Assembly (NCBI GenBank): GCA_964036045.1
Contig: OZ038378.1
Span: 10,168,001 to 10,232,000, forward strand
Length of the DNA stretch: 64,000 bases
Direction of reading: 5' to 3'
Source of the DNA: Eutreptiella sp. 'Long Island Sound 2002'
Taxonomy: Eukaryota; Protista; Euglenida
Shown here one piece after another: positions 28,032-40,481 of this stretch. The notes below the pieces were generated by a model that had not been told where the DNA came from, made no database searches, and saw only the letters and a list, made by a program, of their open reading frames with translations. The position numbers and the translations under genes were made by a program. Every line of letters starts with the position of its first letter. Position 1 is the first letter of the stretch.

Positions 28032-28341
28032 TCGCCGCAACGACATGAAACTGGACGCCAAAACAAAGGCGACGATGGCGCGGTCGATCTTGTTCGATGG
28101 CAAGTACGACTGGGAGTGGCATCACAGCATGGAACCGGTCGATTCCTTGATTAAGCAGATTGATGATGACGCTCAGTCGAAAATGGTGGACATCCAGAAC
28201 CTTGTGGATACCATGGCATCGGCACTGATAGGCGGCACTGCTGCATTCATGTGTGCCTCTATTGGCATGACCATGTTCCTTATGAGCATAATTCTGGATC
28301 TCCGTGCGGCTGGCATTTCTGGCGACAGCATCAACCAGCAG
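28032..28341 (+). CDS. Cyclase gene exon 13: sensor-like repeat B end and TM helix
   Basis: Acceptor cccctgcag|T completes AGT (Ser); ARSILFDGKY. Donor CAG|GTCTGA. Confidence 0.8.
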
Positions 28342-28670
28342 GTCTGAGAGGATCTGCTGGAGTTGTGGCAGGGGATTGAGACACTGCAGTCCAGGAGGAT
28401 TGCTATAATGCGATGTAGTCATGCAGGAGCTGAAGTCCACACTGCACTGCTTAGAACATAGGCTACAAACAAGAAGTGGTTTGAAAGCAAGCAGCTGCTT
28501 GTGCGCTTGCTCGCTTACCCGCAGAGCAGACCTGACGCCAGTGTCCAGCAGCAATTTGGTTGCATGCGTGTGCAGGCTCTGGCAGGTACAGGTAGGCCCG
28601 CGAGGTGGTCTCTGGCAGGTGGTTGAGTGGCCTCCGACAGCATCTGGAAGGCAAGCACCACCCTTCCAGA

Positions 28671-28994
28671 CAGGGCGGTCCTTAAGGAGCCCAATTTTTT
28701 TTTGTTGCTAAGGACCGCCCTTAAGGACCGCCCCCAGGGACCACGAACCGCCAACCACCAACCGCCACCCACCGCCAACCGCCACCAACCACCAATCCAA
28801 CCGCCGTCAACCGCCAACCGCCGCCAACCCCCAACGGCGACCAACCACTGCCAACCACCAATTACCAACCACCAACCGCCGCCAACCGCCCACCAACCGC
28901 CAACCGCCAACCGCCAATCGCCACCAACCTGTGGGCCTTTGTGCGAAATTGTGTGTAACGGACACCTTTTTTTTCCATCTTAAGGACCGCCCTG
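28671..28994. mobile_element. hAT-type MITE, 324 bp
   Basis: Perfect 16-bp TIR CAGGGCGGTCCTTAAG (28671-28686 / 28979-28994) and 8-bp TSD CTTCCAGA (28663-28670 / 28995-29002). Interior is (AACCGCC)n-like repeats. Confidence 0.9.
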
Positions 28995-29759
28995 CTTCCA
29001 GAAGCACAAACAGACATTGATGGGGCGTGTGTGATGCAAAACTAGGTTGGCGCTGGTACCATGGCGGACAATGCCGTTCTTGCCCTTCTTCTAAAAATCC
29101 GCATCCGGCAGCCTCTACCACAGGCGGTCGCCATCTTGTGTAGCCTCCGCCATGGAGCTGTATCCAGCAGCCTCCGCCACAAGTTGTAGCTGTATTCTGC
29201 ACCCCAGAGGGGGGGCGGCCGGGCCGGTCCTTGTATGCAAAGCCCCCGCCCTGCCAACTGTGCCGGCATTTTCTTTTGTGCCAAGCCCATTGCACTCACT
29301 ACAAGGCCCCTGCCTTCTCGGGGCAGGGAAGAATTAGAGTGGCCACATGACCATTGCCTTCTCGGGGTCTCCAAAGAGGTGGGTCAAAATTTCTCTCCCT
29401 GCTCTAGGACCCGTCCCTTTCAAAGTGTGGGAAAGTGCGCACGGCATAAGCAGGATGAGGGTGAAAAGGAGCTTCTGGGGGAAGCGTAATCAGCTGTCCT
29501 CTGATTGTTCCTTCTCCTCCTTCAAGGGGGAACTTTTTAAGGACCTGTGAGCAAGCAACCTTCTTTCATACTGTAAGTTTGTTTGCAAGAATGTGAGGAT
29601 CATAAATCACTGTCAGGAATTCTTAATTCAACACCCCAGATCTACCCTTCAATCATTTTTCATTCAGTACCATGAATGTAACCCATAGGACTCTTTTGCC
29701 ACAAAAGAGGGTTGGTTGGGGCGCATGCCATGGTGTTATGTGCCACAGAGATAACTTTG

Positions 29760-30000
29760 TGCCGGAGGGATGGTTAAGGAGGGTTTTTTTTTTTCAAGGA
29801 CTCCACCAATCTCCCCCCCATCTCTGTTCGTTCCGACCCATCAACCGCTGTTCGTTAACCGCCAACCGCCGTCGACTAACCGCCACCCCCAGTCGTTAAC
29901 TGCCAACCGCCGATGAAACCCCAGCTGACGTCGATCTGTAGCCAGTCCAGACACCGCGAATCCTGGAGCCAGTTTGTTTTCCCCCTGAAGGACCCCCCTG
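29760..30000. mobile_element. Diverged relative of the hAT-type MITE
   Basis: ttaaggagg...tttttttttt start, AACCGCC-type repeats, end aaggacccccctg. No intact TSD seen. Confidence 0.4.
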
Positions 30001-30250
30001 CCTCAAGGTAGGGGTGGTACATGAATTTTCGGTGACATCGTGCCACCTTACCTGGCTTCTCATGCTACACACCCCGTACCTCACCACAGCATGCACTCCA
30101 CCTGTGCATCCCCACCACTTTAGGAACCCCCGCCCCCCTTGCCAGGGGCAGCAACAGATAGAGGTGTGATGGGATTGAAGCCCCCCACCCCACCCCCCCT
30201 CCAAAGAAATCATGTCCCTCACTACTCCACCCTATTCCCGCACGCCTCAG

Positions 30251-30679
30251 GGACAGAACAGGGGCTGCTTCCAACTCGCCATCGCCGGCATTCTTGCCGC
30301 ACTGCTGGGCGTGCTGGCCTTTGAGCTCGTGCACTTGGTGACCTCCGCCCAATACGCCTCGCAGATCGCCCTCGCGACGGACCGGGAGTGGCTGATGCTT
30401 CGCTCCGTGTACCACGCGCAGGAGATGCACCAGCACAAGAGCTCCGACGGAGTTGTGGAGCCCAGCCGCATTCGGCTGCTCGCTGACCTGGACCGGCTGG
30501 GCCTCAAGCGGGAGCAGCTGTACTACGGCGTCTCAGCGTCGACAGGGCAGGGGCACCTCATCGGGGCTGATGCCCCACAGCCGCTCATGACCTTTGGAGC
30601 CGGGAGGCTCAATGATATCATGAGGGACTGGATGGACAGACTCTTGGCCTTCACCTCCACCGTCTACCCCCCGACCCAG
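30251..30679 (+). CDS. Cyclase gene exon 14: TM helix and ectodomain 4
   Basis: Acceptor gcctcag|GGA; LAIAGILAALLGVLAFELV. Donor CAG|GTCTGC. Confidence 0.8.
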
Positions 30680-31302
30680 GTCTGCAACATCCGGTCCACA
30701 CCACATCAGACCGCGCACAGCACATGCCCCACAACCCACACCCCACGCGGCATATTGCACACCACGCGTTGCACCCCCGCCCCACAAGGCACACACCGCA
30801 CACCGCAGACCGCCACACGTCACACGCCATGCGCTGCACAGCGCACCGCACACCGCACGCAGCACGCAGCACACGCCACACAGGGCAGCAGGAGGGAGGA
30901 AAATTCCGCAGGGGTAGTTTTCCGGCGGGGAAATTCCGTATTTCTAATTGGTGCGGAATTTCCCCCGCAGTTTTCCAGTGTAGGTGCGGAACATTCGAAC
31001 AAACCCCCAGCGGCACCAAGGAAACACATACGGCGAAGTTCAATTCTTTGACAATTCAGACACTTGAAGAATTATTGCTGGCTGCTTTGCTGTGTTGTGT
31101 GTTTTTTGGGGATCGCAATCCCACGATCCTTTTCCTTCCAATGCACTCAAGATTTAGGAGGTGCGGAATTTCCCCCTTAACTTTTTGGGATAGGTGTGGA
31201 ATATTCCCTGTGCAGACATTGCCCAGCCCCTTCACCGCCCACAACACACACCGTATCATACCCCAGCCCTCTCCGGTCTCATCCTCCCGTCCCATTCCCC
31301 AG

Positions 31303-31506
31303 GCTCAGATGAGCAGGACCCTGAAGGCCATCTGGTGCACATACCCCGCGCTCTTCGAGGACTTTGCCCTCTCCACGGACCTGTACGTCAAAGAGGCGGA
31401 GGCCTGGTGCGAGATCGGGCGCATCGTCGTCATCGTGGGCCTCGTGGTCGTGATCCTTCTGTTCATCCTGAACTATTTCGCCTTCGTCATTCCTGTCCTC
31501 AACCAG
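31303..31506 (+). CDS. Cyclase gene exon 15: last TM helix
   Basis: Acceptor attccccag|GCT (an in-frame AG 6 nt later is also possible); IVVIVGLVVVILLFILNYFAFV. Donor CAG|GTATTC. Confidence 0.8.
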
Positions 31507-32067
31507 GTATTCGCGCATCTGGAGGGGCGGGCCGACCGGTACTGAAGGGGGGTCGACCCCCATGGGGGGTGAGTGGTCTGGGGCTGGGCGGGCGGGTTGG
31601 GGGGAGGCCGCAGGTTGGCATCGGCCAACCCTCCCGCTCCCCCCGACGTGCTGAGGCGCCCCATAGGAACACCCTACCCGCCGACACGATGGAGCCTCCG
31701 CCGACTTGTGCATGTCGGGGTGCCCAGGCAGAGGGAGGTCAGAGACCCCCGACACCCCGGAAAGCCAGCGCAACGCCCCCTCCCCGCAGAGCGCCCGCGG
31801 GTAAACCGGGCCAGGCACGGCACTCCCGCGTGACCCGACGTGCCCTGCTCCCCGCACGCGCGCTGACACACACAGGCACGGCGGTGTCTCCCGCCCGCGA
31901 GCGCGACGGGAGTGGACCAATATCTGCTGCGTTTTATGGTGCTGATGGGCACTAATGGTGGCTGTCTGCTGTCGCTGCGTACTCCAGATTAGCACCGCCC
32001 CCGAGTTGTGCAAAGGTGGTTCCAGCCGCGGCGGTGCATGCGCCACCCGTACAACACCCCTCGCCAG

Positions 32068-32448
32068 GTCGTTGAGCTGGAGTTCGAGACCGAATCACTG
32101 CTGCGCCGCATCCCCAAACACGTGGGGTACGCCGTCCCCGCCATCCGGAGCTACCTCCTGACGGGCCACGTATCCGTCAGCGCGTTCGAGGACAAGAAGG
32201 CCCTGCAGGAGACGGACTCCATGCTGGCCACCATGCTGCCCCCGAGCATCGCAGCGCGCCTCAAGGCCGGCGAGAATCCCATCGCCGAGCTGTGCACGGA
32301 CGTGACCATCCTGTTCACGCACGTCGTGGGCTTCACGCACCTGACCACGATCCTGGGCCCCCGCGAGCTGGTGGGGCTGCTGAACTCCGTGTTCTGCGCC
32401 TTCGATAAGATGGTGGAGGCCAAGGGGCTGGAGAAGATCAAGACGGTG
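32068..32448 (+). CDS. Cyclase gene exon 16: signalling helix and start of class III cyclase domain
   Basis: MLATMLPPSIAARLKAGE...VTILFTHVVGFT...LLNSVFCAFD...LEKIKTV. Donor GTG|GTATGT. Confidence 0.92.
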
Positions 32449-34217
32449 GTATGTTCCCGCGTGGTCCACATGGCACGGGCGTCCGCCAGGGCAGATTAAT
32501 TTTGTTTACTTTCTGTAGGGTTAGTGATTATTAATCTTCATGTTCTTCAAAAGGGTCTCGTAACTCTCCAGCTGTTGGACCGAATCCTACATATATTGAA
32601 TAACCAGTTGTGCTAAGAAGAAGACAACTGATAAAAAAAGCAGAAAAAAATGCTGTAGTTTCCATTTAAGTGTATTAAAAATACTTTTTTCTTATTCAAA
32701 ACGATCCATCCTCCTGAGTCGGACAGGCCACGCGGCTGGTGCTCACTGCGGTCCGACTCCGTGGTAGATCGTACTGGGCCGATTCCCCAAAAGCCGTTCC
32801 CCCGTCGGATGGCATGTTTGCATGGCCATGGCAACCTGAGCAGGGGTGATGCGTTGGACGTGGTGGTGAACCCATCGGGCGGTGATGCGGGCACTGCTGT
32901 TGCTGCGCACGATGAGTCGCAGCATGCCTCTGTCCTGTCGATCATACCCCCACCCCCTCCCAGGCCATGTGGAAGACACATAGACGAATCCGGGCCCCAG
33001 GCTTGTTTGAGAACGTGAAAAATGGAAGGAGGAGGGTCACCCCGCCCCTCTGCACCCTCCCCCGGGTCTGACGAACGATTCTTCAGGGGGAAAATCAAAT
33101 TTTTGTACAAGAAGAGATTTTGGGGGCCATTTTTGGTTCACAGACGCTTGGATCTCAGACCCTCCCTCCCCCCTCCCCCCCTTCCAAACACGCCTGCCGG
33201 GCCCTGCATGGTTCTAGGAAGTAGGGGTACAACTGGAGCACGCCCGGCAGTTCCCTGTCCTACTCTTTCCCTCGTAACTGCCTGAGGCCCGACCTCTGGA
33301 GAGACCTCAGCTCCGACGGTACACGAAGGGCGGCGGGCAAACGGTCAGAGTTCTGAACGAACAAAGATGCAAGGGCTTCTAAAGGACCCAATGCTGCAGC
33401 CATGCTGTAGGGCAAAGGCGCGTGTTGCACAAGCGTTGGGCGAGGGGTGACGAGGGGAGGCGGGGGTCAACGGTCAAGAAAAGGATCCGTCTGGTACTTC
33501 CTTGGCAAGGCTTTTGTTCGAGTTTGTGGGCAAAACCCTCCGTACTATTGACCGCTAATGTCCTCCAGCACCGCATAGCGGATGCTGCTTGCAGATCGGG
33601 CCTCGGTTCTCTTCTCTGCGGACAGCACTCGCGGGGAGACATGCTGTTGTCCTGTGTCAGCTCTTGCCCTCTGACCAGTGGAATGGGCATGTGGGCTTGA
33701 GTGGGGCTCGCTTTCCTCATCAGGGGGCAGGATTAAGCCAGAAAGGCAAGGCCAGCAAAGCTGATACACACACACTCGGCGCAAAGAAAAGGTTCGTAAT
33801 TCCGGAAGGTGCGCATGGCTGAACAATTTTTGGTCAGTGTCGCATGAGCCTCCGGAGGGCAAGGGGGCTGTCCACCAAGAACTTCTGGAACTGCTTCACT
33901 CGGAGGCACATAACCGACATCAGTTGCTTTCCGTTCTTCCTCGTTTCTCTACTGTTGGTATCTGCGTCGCTTAACCGTCAATCTCCGTTGTTGGCAGCCC
34001 GTCTAGAGACCACAAAAGCCGGAGGCAGTTCCTTGTTGTTATGGGGCTGCAGTGCCCTGCCTGCCAGTAGCTCTTGTGCGCCGTGTGTGAATGCCCCACA
34101 TAGCACAAAGAGAGGGCAATGCCCTGGAAACGGAGCACCCTCGGTGGGTTGGGGGAGTCATGGGTAGAGGCATGGCCAGACTCATGGGGAGAGCAGGGCG
34201 TTTCCTATTGTGTACAG

Positions 34218-34490
34218 GGGGACGGATACATGATGGCGGGCAACCTGTTGAAGAAGATGAAGAACGGGGCGCGTGCCGTCGTGGAGTGTGGCCTGGAGAT
34301 GCTGGAGGTGCTGAAGGAGATCAACGCCAGCCACGGCTCCCGGCTCTCTCTGGAACAGACCACCGGCGTCAACACCGGCAATGTGGTGGCCGGAGTGTTG
34401 GGGTACACTACCGTGGCCTTCGACATCTGGGGCGACGCTGTGAACTGTGCGAGCCGCATGGAGAGCAACTCCATCCCTAGTGTTGTGCAG
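34218..34490 (+). CDS. Cyclase gene exon 17: cyclase catalytic core
   Basis: GDGYMMAG...GVNTGNVVAGVLG...FDIWGDAVNCASRMES. Acceptor tgtgtacag|GGG, donor CAG|GTTTGC. Confidence 0.93.
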
Positions 34491-36018
34491 GTTTGCTGCT
34501 GCCCCCCCTCTCACACAGACCGTGCACTTCCCACACGTGGGCATTGGGATGATGGACAGCGCGGCACGGGGTAAACTGCCCACCGAGTCTGCTGGCAAGG
34601 TGGCCCCCCCCCCCCCGACTCCCATCCCACCCCCCTCCGGGCGTTCTGTGTCCCCCAACATCCTACGTGCCCAGTAGCCGTGGCACCAGGAGTGGGCAAT
34701 CCCCCTCTGTGTGCCTGCAGACGCCCAGCATGCGGTCTACCACCCTGCACACTCATGCACAGGGCCGCACCCTAGGCTTTGCAGCCGCCCCACTTTTGGT
34801 CCATCACCGGCCTGGTGCCCACTAGCTGCAATGCACCTCATCCATACACATCTACATCCCTCCTCCCAACCACGTGGTGCCTTGAGGACCCTTATGGTGA
34901 TGACCGAAGATGAACAGGATTAATTGGGACGTTTGCAAGCCCATGATACACCAAAAAAGTGCCCCCCCCCGGCCCGTGGCAACAAACTGGGGACGGGAGG
35001 GTAGCCCAGAGCATGGGGCACACCAAACCACCTCCCAGACCCCCTATTGACCCCCCCCCCCTCCCGCCGACCCCCCCCCGCCCTAACTGCCCCCCCCCCC
35101 CAGTTTGGACAGATAGCTGGGGGGGGGTGTCGCATCAGGACCAGTTGTAGTCGCCCCCCCGGGGCGTGACCTCGCCACCATGACGGTACATGCGGAGCGC
35201 TCAAAGCACAAAAATGTACAGTTATGTACACTCCGCTTACCGTGCGGCAAGAGTTAGCGATAGCATGGCACTTGTGGGAGTGCCAGGTACAGTCCCATGT
35301 GTGGCGGCCAGCCTAGCATCACTTCCATGTGTGGCTAGGGACCCATTTGCGACCAAGGCAGTGCCTGTGCTGCACTAGTTGTGGGACTCCGCAGTCTTGG
35401 AACAGTGGGTGGTGGCCACCGCAACGCCATCCCTGCGTGGGGCACACATGGGATTAGTCAGGCCACACGACATGGGGACAGAATTCATTTGGCAAGTGCT
35501 GAATGAGTCCCACGAGGTTTGGCTGGCCCACGCTGGAGCGTGTGCCGGCGTCATCAAGGCCTGAGCAGGGCCTGGAGGAATAATGGCGTGGGCCCGATGA
35601 GAACTTCAACTGCATCAGTAGACACGGCGTCCCCAGGGAGACCCTCAACTGACGTGCCGCCCAGCTTATGAGGGGGTGCCGGCCCCTTGCTGCAAGTGCA
35701 CAGAGCTTACGTCTAGCTTTGCGAGGGTTGTGGTTCAGGGCCCAACTGTTTTGCATTTTCCGGTGTGCAAGACATTCCGGCCTTTGTCTCTTGGTAATAG
35801 CGCCTTCGGCATGCACAGGCCCACACACATGCACACGCACACGCTGTTCTTGTGTGGAACAAAATGTTGGCGTGATTCCCTCAATGCCCCTCACAACCGT
35901 ATTTAGTGCACAATCCTTGGCACAATTAGTTTCTCCGTGCCAACGGATGACACAGGCTGGCACCACCACCACCACCACCACCACCACGACCAGCTATTCC
36001 TTGTGGTGCTTCACACAG

Positions 36019-36471
36019 GTCACCGAGTCCACTTGGGAGTTTATCAAGGACTACTACACTGCAGAGGTGCATGAGGTGCAGGTCAAGGGCAAAGGATTGA
36101 TGACAGCCTACCGGATATTCCCGCCCTATTACCAGCCGCAAATCACCCCCAATCCCCCTGCATATGACAGCGACCACATCAAGGCTGCAGGCGAGTGGAA
36201 GGATAATTTGGTGGTGCACCCCATCCACAAGGGCACAAACCAGGCAGTGGTGGGCACTGTGGATCCACTGTACCCCTTTGACAGCTTCAGTGAGGCCCCA
36301 TACTTGGCGCAGAAAGTGGACAGCATTGTGTCGTACAAGGATCCGTACAACACATCTGATAGCTTCAGGAAGGACCGTGGCAGCAGTTTCCCATTCAGCA
36401 AGCCCCGTGAGGACAGTATATTGAGCTTGGAGAGTATCAAGGACAGGGATCTACTTGTCATGGACCTGCAG
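36019..36471 (+). CDS. Cyclase gene exon 18: cyclase C-terminal end plus tail
   Basis: VTESTWEFIKD...VQVKGKGLMTAY. Acceptor cacacag|GTC, donor CAG|GTATCC. Confidence 0.88.
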
Positions 36472-37340
36472 GTATCCTGAGCAGTAGCCCCGCGCCATGC
36501 CGTGTAGGGGCCATGTGTCAGTGGTTTGCGGCAGGGCTGTTGGACACCGATCCCTATTCCGTGGCGGGTCTGGAAAGGGTATGTGCTGGGTGACCCCCGC
36601 AAGCCGGAAGGGATACAGGGCCAGAGAGGGAAGGCATGATGATAATGGTATGCTGGTGACTGGACATCAGACCATGCCCTCCTGTTCGCCAATTCACAGT
36701 CGCCCCCACACATCCCCACATCCGTTACTCCACTGCAACACCCCCTCCCACAGCCCCACATCCACACGCTATCATACACGCCCACACCACTTTTCACATG
36801 CACACCTACCCTCACTCCCAAAACCCAAACACCTGTACCCATCCCCACACAGCTTTGGTCAGCTGCCCCGCCTTTCCCCAAATTGCACCATTTCGCACTG
36901 CGGCCTCTGGAGTATCCAATGACACTGCGGCAATCCTTAAAGCTCAGTGTGTAAAATTTGACAAAGTCTGTAAAAAGTTTTACAATGTGTAAAATTCGAC
37001 AAAAGGAATTTTGTTCAGAATGTTATTATGAAACTGATTTAAACTTTTTGGTTGAACTCACTGAATTTTTCTTGTTTCTGATAATCTGTCTGATGCAACA
37101 AAATTTTTCGAAAATGGATGAGGTAGACTCCAACCCCGCAAAAGATGCAAAAAAAATTGTTTGCAGTTGTGTCTCCCTTCGAAGACAACATAAATCTACA
37201 CCTTACGAGAAAAACCTGCGAACCGATTCCTATTGCAGAGTTGTTGCAACCGTTCGGGCGTGCAGCAAGGGGTCATATCCATATCCTATCCTTATTCATA
37301 TCACATCTTCACAGACGTACTGTGGATGCACTTGTCACAG

Positions 37341-37889
37341 GAACCGACCCCCGGCGGCCGCATTGCCAGCGATGACGAGATGAAGCCCCCCAGAAAGTGG
37401 TCGTTCCAGGACCTGACCATCAAACCGACACGCGAGCCCATCGCAACGGACCCAGCCCCAGTGCCGGGGGAGCGGCGGGAAGAGGCGTCGGAGGTCCCGC
37501 CACTGGGCCTGGGGCCGGAACGCCGCAGAGCCAGTCTCCCAGCCGGAGGTTCGGAGCGAAGGGAGCCCGAGGAGAAGCCGGGGGGAGAGCCCAAGGGCAT
37601 CCTCAAAAAGGAGAGCAAGTATGCGAACTGGGATGAGACGCAGCAGAGCCGCGTGCGCCGCTTCCCGTCGCCCACACGCGCCGGGTCACAGCATTCCCAG
37701 TCCCCCACCCGCTCCATGTCACCGCCGCGGCGTACCTCGTCCAGATCAATGTCGCCGCAGCGCACGGACACATACCGGGGGATCTCGACGAGGGAGCGGC
37801 CCGGCGCTGAGACCCCCATCTCCCCATTCCAAAAGGAGGACAGTGAGCCGACGACCCCCAACAGCCCTCCGTCCCCGGCCAATTTCAAG
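37341..37889 (+). CDS. Cyclase gene exon 19: Ser/Pro/Arg-rich disordered tail
   Basis: Acceptor cttgtcacag|GAA, donor AAG|GTGTGG. GC-rich coding-like island in frame with exon 18. Confidence 0.7.
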
Positions 37890-38673
37890 GTGTGGCTGTG
37901 TACTTGTGCTGTAGTGAGCCCCCCCCCCCCTCCCCCCGTATCACAAAAAAGGCTTGATCCCAAATACAACACAATGTGCAGCAACGAAGCTCCATTTCCA
38001 AAGTTTGTCGGCCAGGCGCAAGTCAAAAGCGTGTGTGACGGCAGGAGCCTGTTGCGCGCATTTGCACCTTGCCAGCCTCAGAAACACGTCATGCATACAT
38101 ACAGTGTTCAATGCATGTATACAGTTACCCTATCTATGTGCAATGTCCCCATGCTGGTCTACAGCACCTCAACACTCGTGGTGCTTGTTTCAGGTGTCCC
38201 TGTGCTGTTGGTGTGGGTTTTGTGCCGGCTGCAGGGGTATGGGGTACAGCGGGTACAGTGTGGTGTGCGGAGGTGGAGGTGTGCAAGTAGCATGGTGTGC
38301 TGGGGCTTGAGGTACACTGGGTAGCGCACAGTATGCAGGGGCCGAGGCTCGCATGGTTTGAGGGGTGGCAACGGCTGGGGATAGCAGGTGTGTGCGGGGG
38401 CTAGGGGCTGGGAGTGGGGGAATAGCACGGGTCCGTGGTAAAACTTAGTCAAAAATTTTTTTGAAAAATTTTTACTAAGTTTCAAAACCTAGTTAAAGGA
38501 AAATTTTTGTCACTAAGTTTTTCCTTTGCGGGTGGGTTTGTTACTGAGTATTTTAGTAGAAAAAACGTTTTTTTTTGCTATTCAGTCATTTACTTGGTAG
38601 AAAAAATCATTTTTCCTTCTAAGTAAAAAACTTGTGAAAAAAGTTGGGGTTGAGGATTCTTGTTCCCCGTTTG

Positions 38674-38948
38674 GAAGCGTTGGGGACCCCCTAGACAGCA
38701 CGAGTTATATAGCCAATCCGCCCCGTTGTGGGCCACTGTTGATTTTGGCCCCTACTCTGAAGCGTTGGGGCCCAAGACAACAGGGATTATGAAGCCAATC
38801 CATCCTTTTGTGGGCCACTATTGATTTTCTCCTCCGCTCTGAAGCGGTGAGGACCCGTGCACGGCAAGGGTTATGTAGCCAGTCCACCACTTGTGGGCCA
38901 CTGCTGATTTGGTCCCTGCTGTGAAGCGTTGTGCACCCCCTAGACAGC
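38674..38948. repeat. Minisatellite, ~3.3 copies of an 82-85 bp unit (intron 19)
   Basis: gaagcg recurs at 38674, 38759, 38841 and 38923. Shared core: ttat.tagcca.tcc...ttgtgggccact.ttgatttt. Confidence 0.8.
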
Positions 38949-40481
38949 TTTGTACTACCATTGTTCCAAGTCGGCCTGCACACCAAAGGACCCCAACAAT
39001 GCATTGGCAGGTGGCTCGGATGTGCACTGAATCCAAATCTGTGGATCCTGACACATGCTTTTTTTGTGATGGCACACCTCACGTAACGTGCCATGAATGT
39101 AAGGTTCTTCATCGTACCTTCCGTGCCTCTATCTTGTGTCCATTGGAGATATGTGTAGGACTGCGCCAATTTTGGGTGGCCAACCTTGCTGCTGCCGCTG
39201 CTTTTGCTGTTGTTGTTGTTGATGATGATGCCACTGATAACACCCGTCTCGGTGTGTTGATGTGTCACAAATGGTATGCGATGCCGCCTCCTCCTCCTCC
39301 GCCGGGTAGGGTACTACTGACACAAGTGGCCGGGAATTGACCCGGGGGCTTTGTGCCCTCAAACAAAAGTACCACTTACCACCAAAGTGTTGAGTTCCTT
39401 AGTAAATATGGGGGGGGAGTATGGTGAAACTTAACAAAAAAATTTCTATTTTTACTTGGTGAAAATACAAAATTTTAAAGACTTTTGAAAAAAAATTGTT
39501 TACTAAGTTTTTACCATATTTTACTAAGCTTTACCTCATCTGGTACTAAGTCTTACCAGATACCCAGAGGGCGCGGTGTGCAAGGGCAGGGGCTGATATG
39601 GATGGCATGTTTCCTATTCAGGCGTTGGCAGCCTGTTTGGTTGATTTGAGGGGTGCTCTCTTTGTAGTTTTACAAGAAGGGGCCGGACACACGCTGCAAA
39701 GCAAAGCAAAATTGGGGCACATGTTGAAATTGGAAAACCCATGTGGGGAAAAGCATGGCATAATATTATGGCATACCAGTGCGGTAATCATGGTGGTTCA
39801 TGCGTGGCATTGATTGTATGACCACATATTCCTTCCCCATCTCACCTTGGCAAAATGATCTCAAGTTTGCACCATTTTTGCCCCTTTTCTGCAGCCCGCT
39901 GTTGAATATCCCTTTAACGTTCACAAATGGTGTTTGTGTTTTCATGATTCATTGCTGAATCATGCAATCCTACCTCGGTCTCATTATCAAAGGCCATCTC
40001 AGAGAAAAGGAGATGACAAGAAAAGTGATTTTTTGCACAAAAGTCTTGCTTTCATGATTCTCCGATGAAGCCGTTGGAACCGCTACCCTGGAGTGACCCG
40101 TATTCGTGGAGTTGGGTGCAAAGTGGTTGGGGCATGGGGTGTGCAGGGGCAGCGCCGTGTTGGGATGGCATGGTGTTCAACATGGGAGCAGGGATGCAGG
40201 GGCAAGGGTTTGTGCAGATAGCATGGTGTGCACGGGCAGAGGGTACTGTTGATAGCAGGGTTTAGGGGAGGGTGATGGTGGGAATAGCATATTGTGCAGG
40301 GGAGGGGGGTTATTGGGGTGGCCTGGTATGGGGTGCTGGGGTGGAGGCCAGTGGGGATAGCATGAGGCGCAGGTATGCGGGGCAGCGGGTGTGGGTGTGG
40401 GTTTCGGTGTGAGTGTGGGTGTGAGTGTGGGTGTGGGTGTACTACAATATGCACGTTTCACTTGCGCAATCGACTCGTCAG

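Noticed and set aside
38674-38948. CRISPR-like array
   Set aside because: Whole units are homologous and there are no unique spacers or cas genes; the context is eukaryotic.
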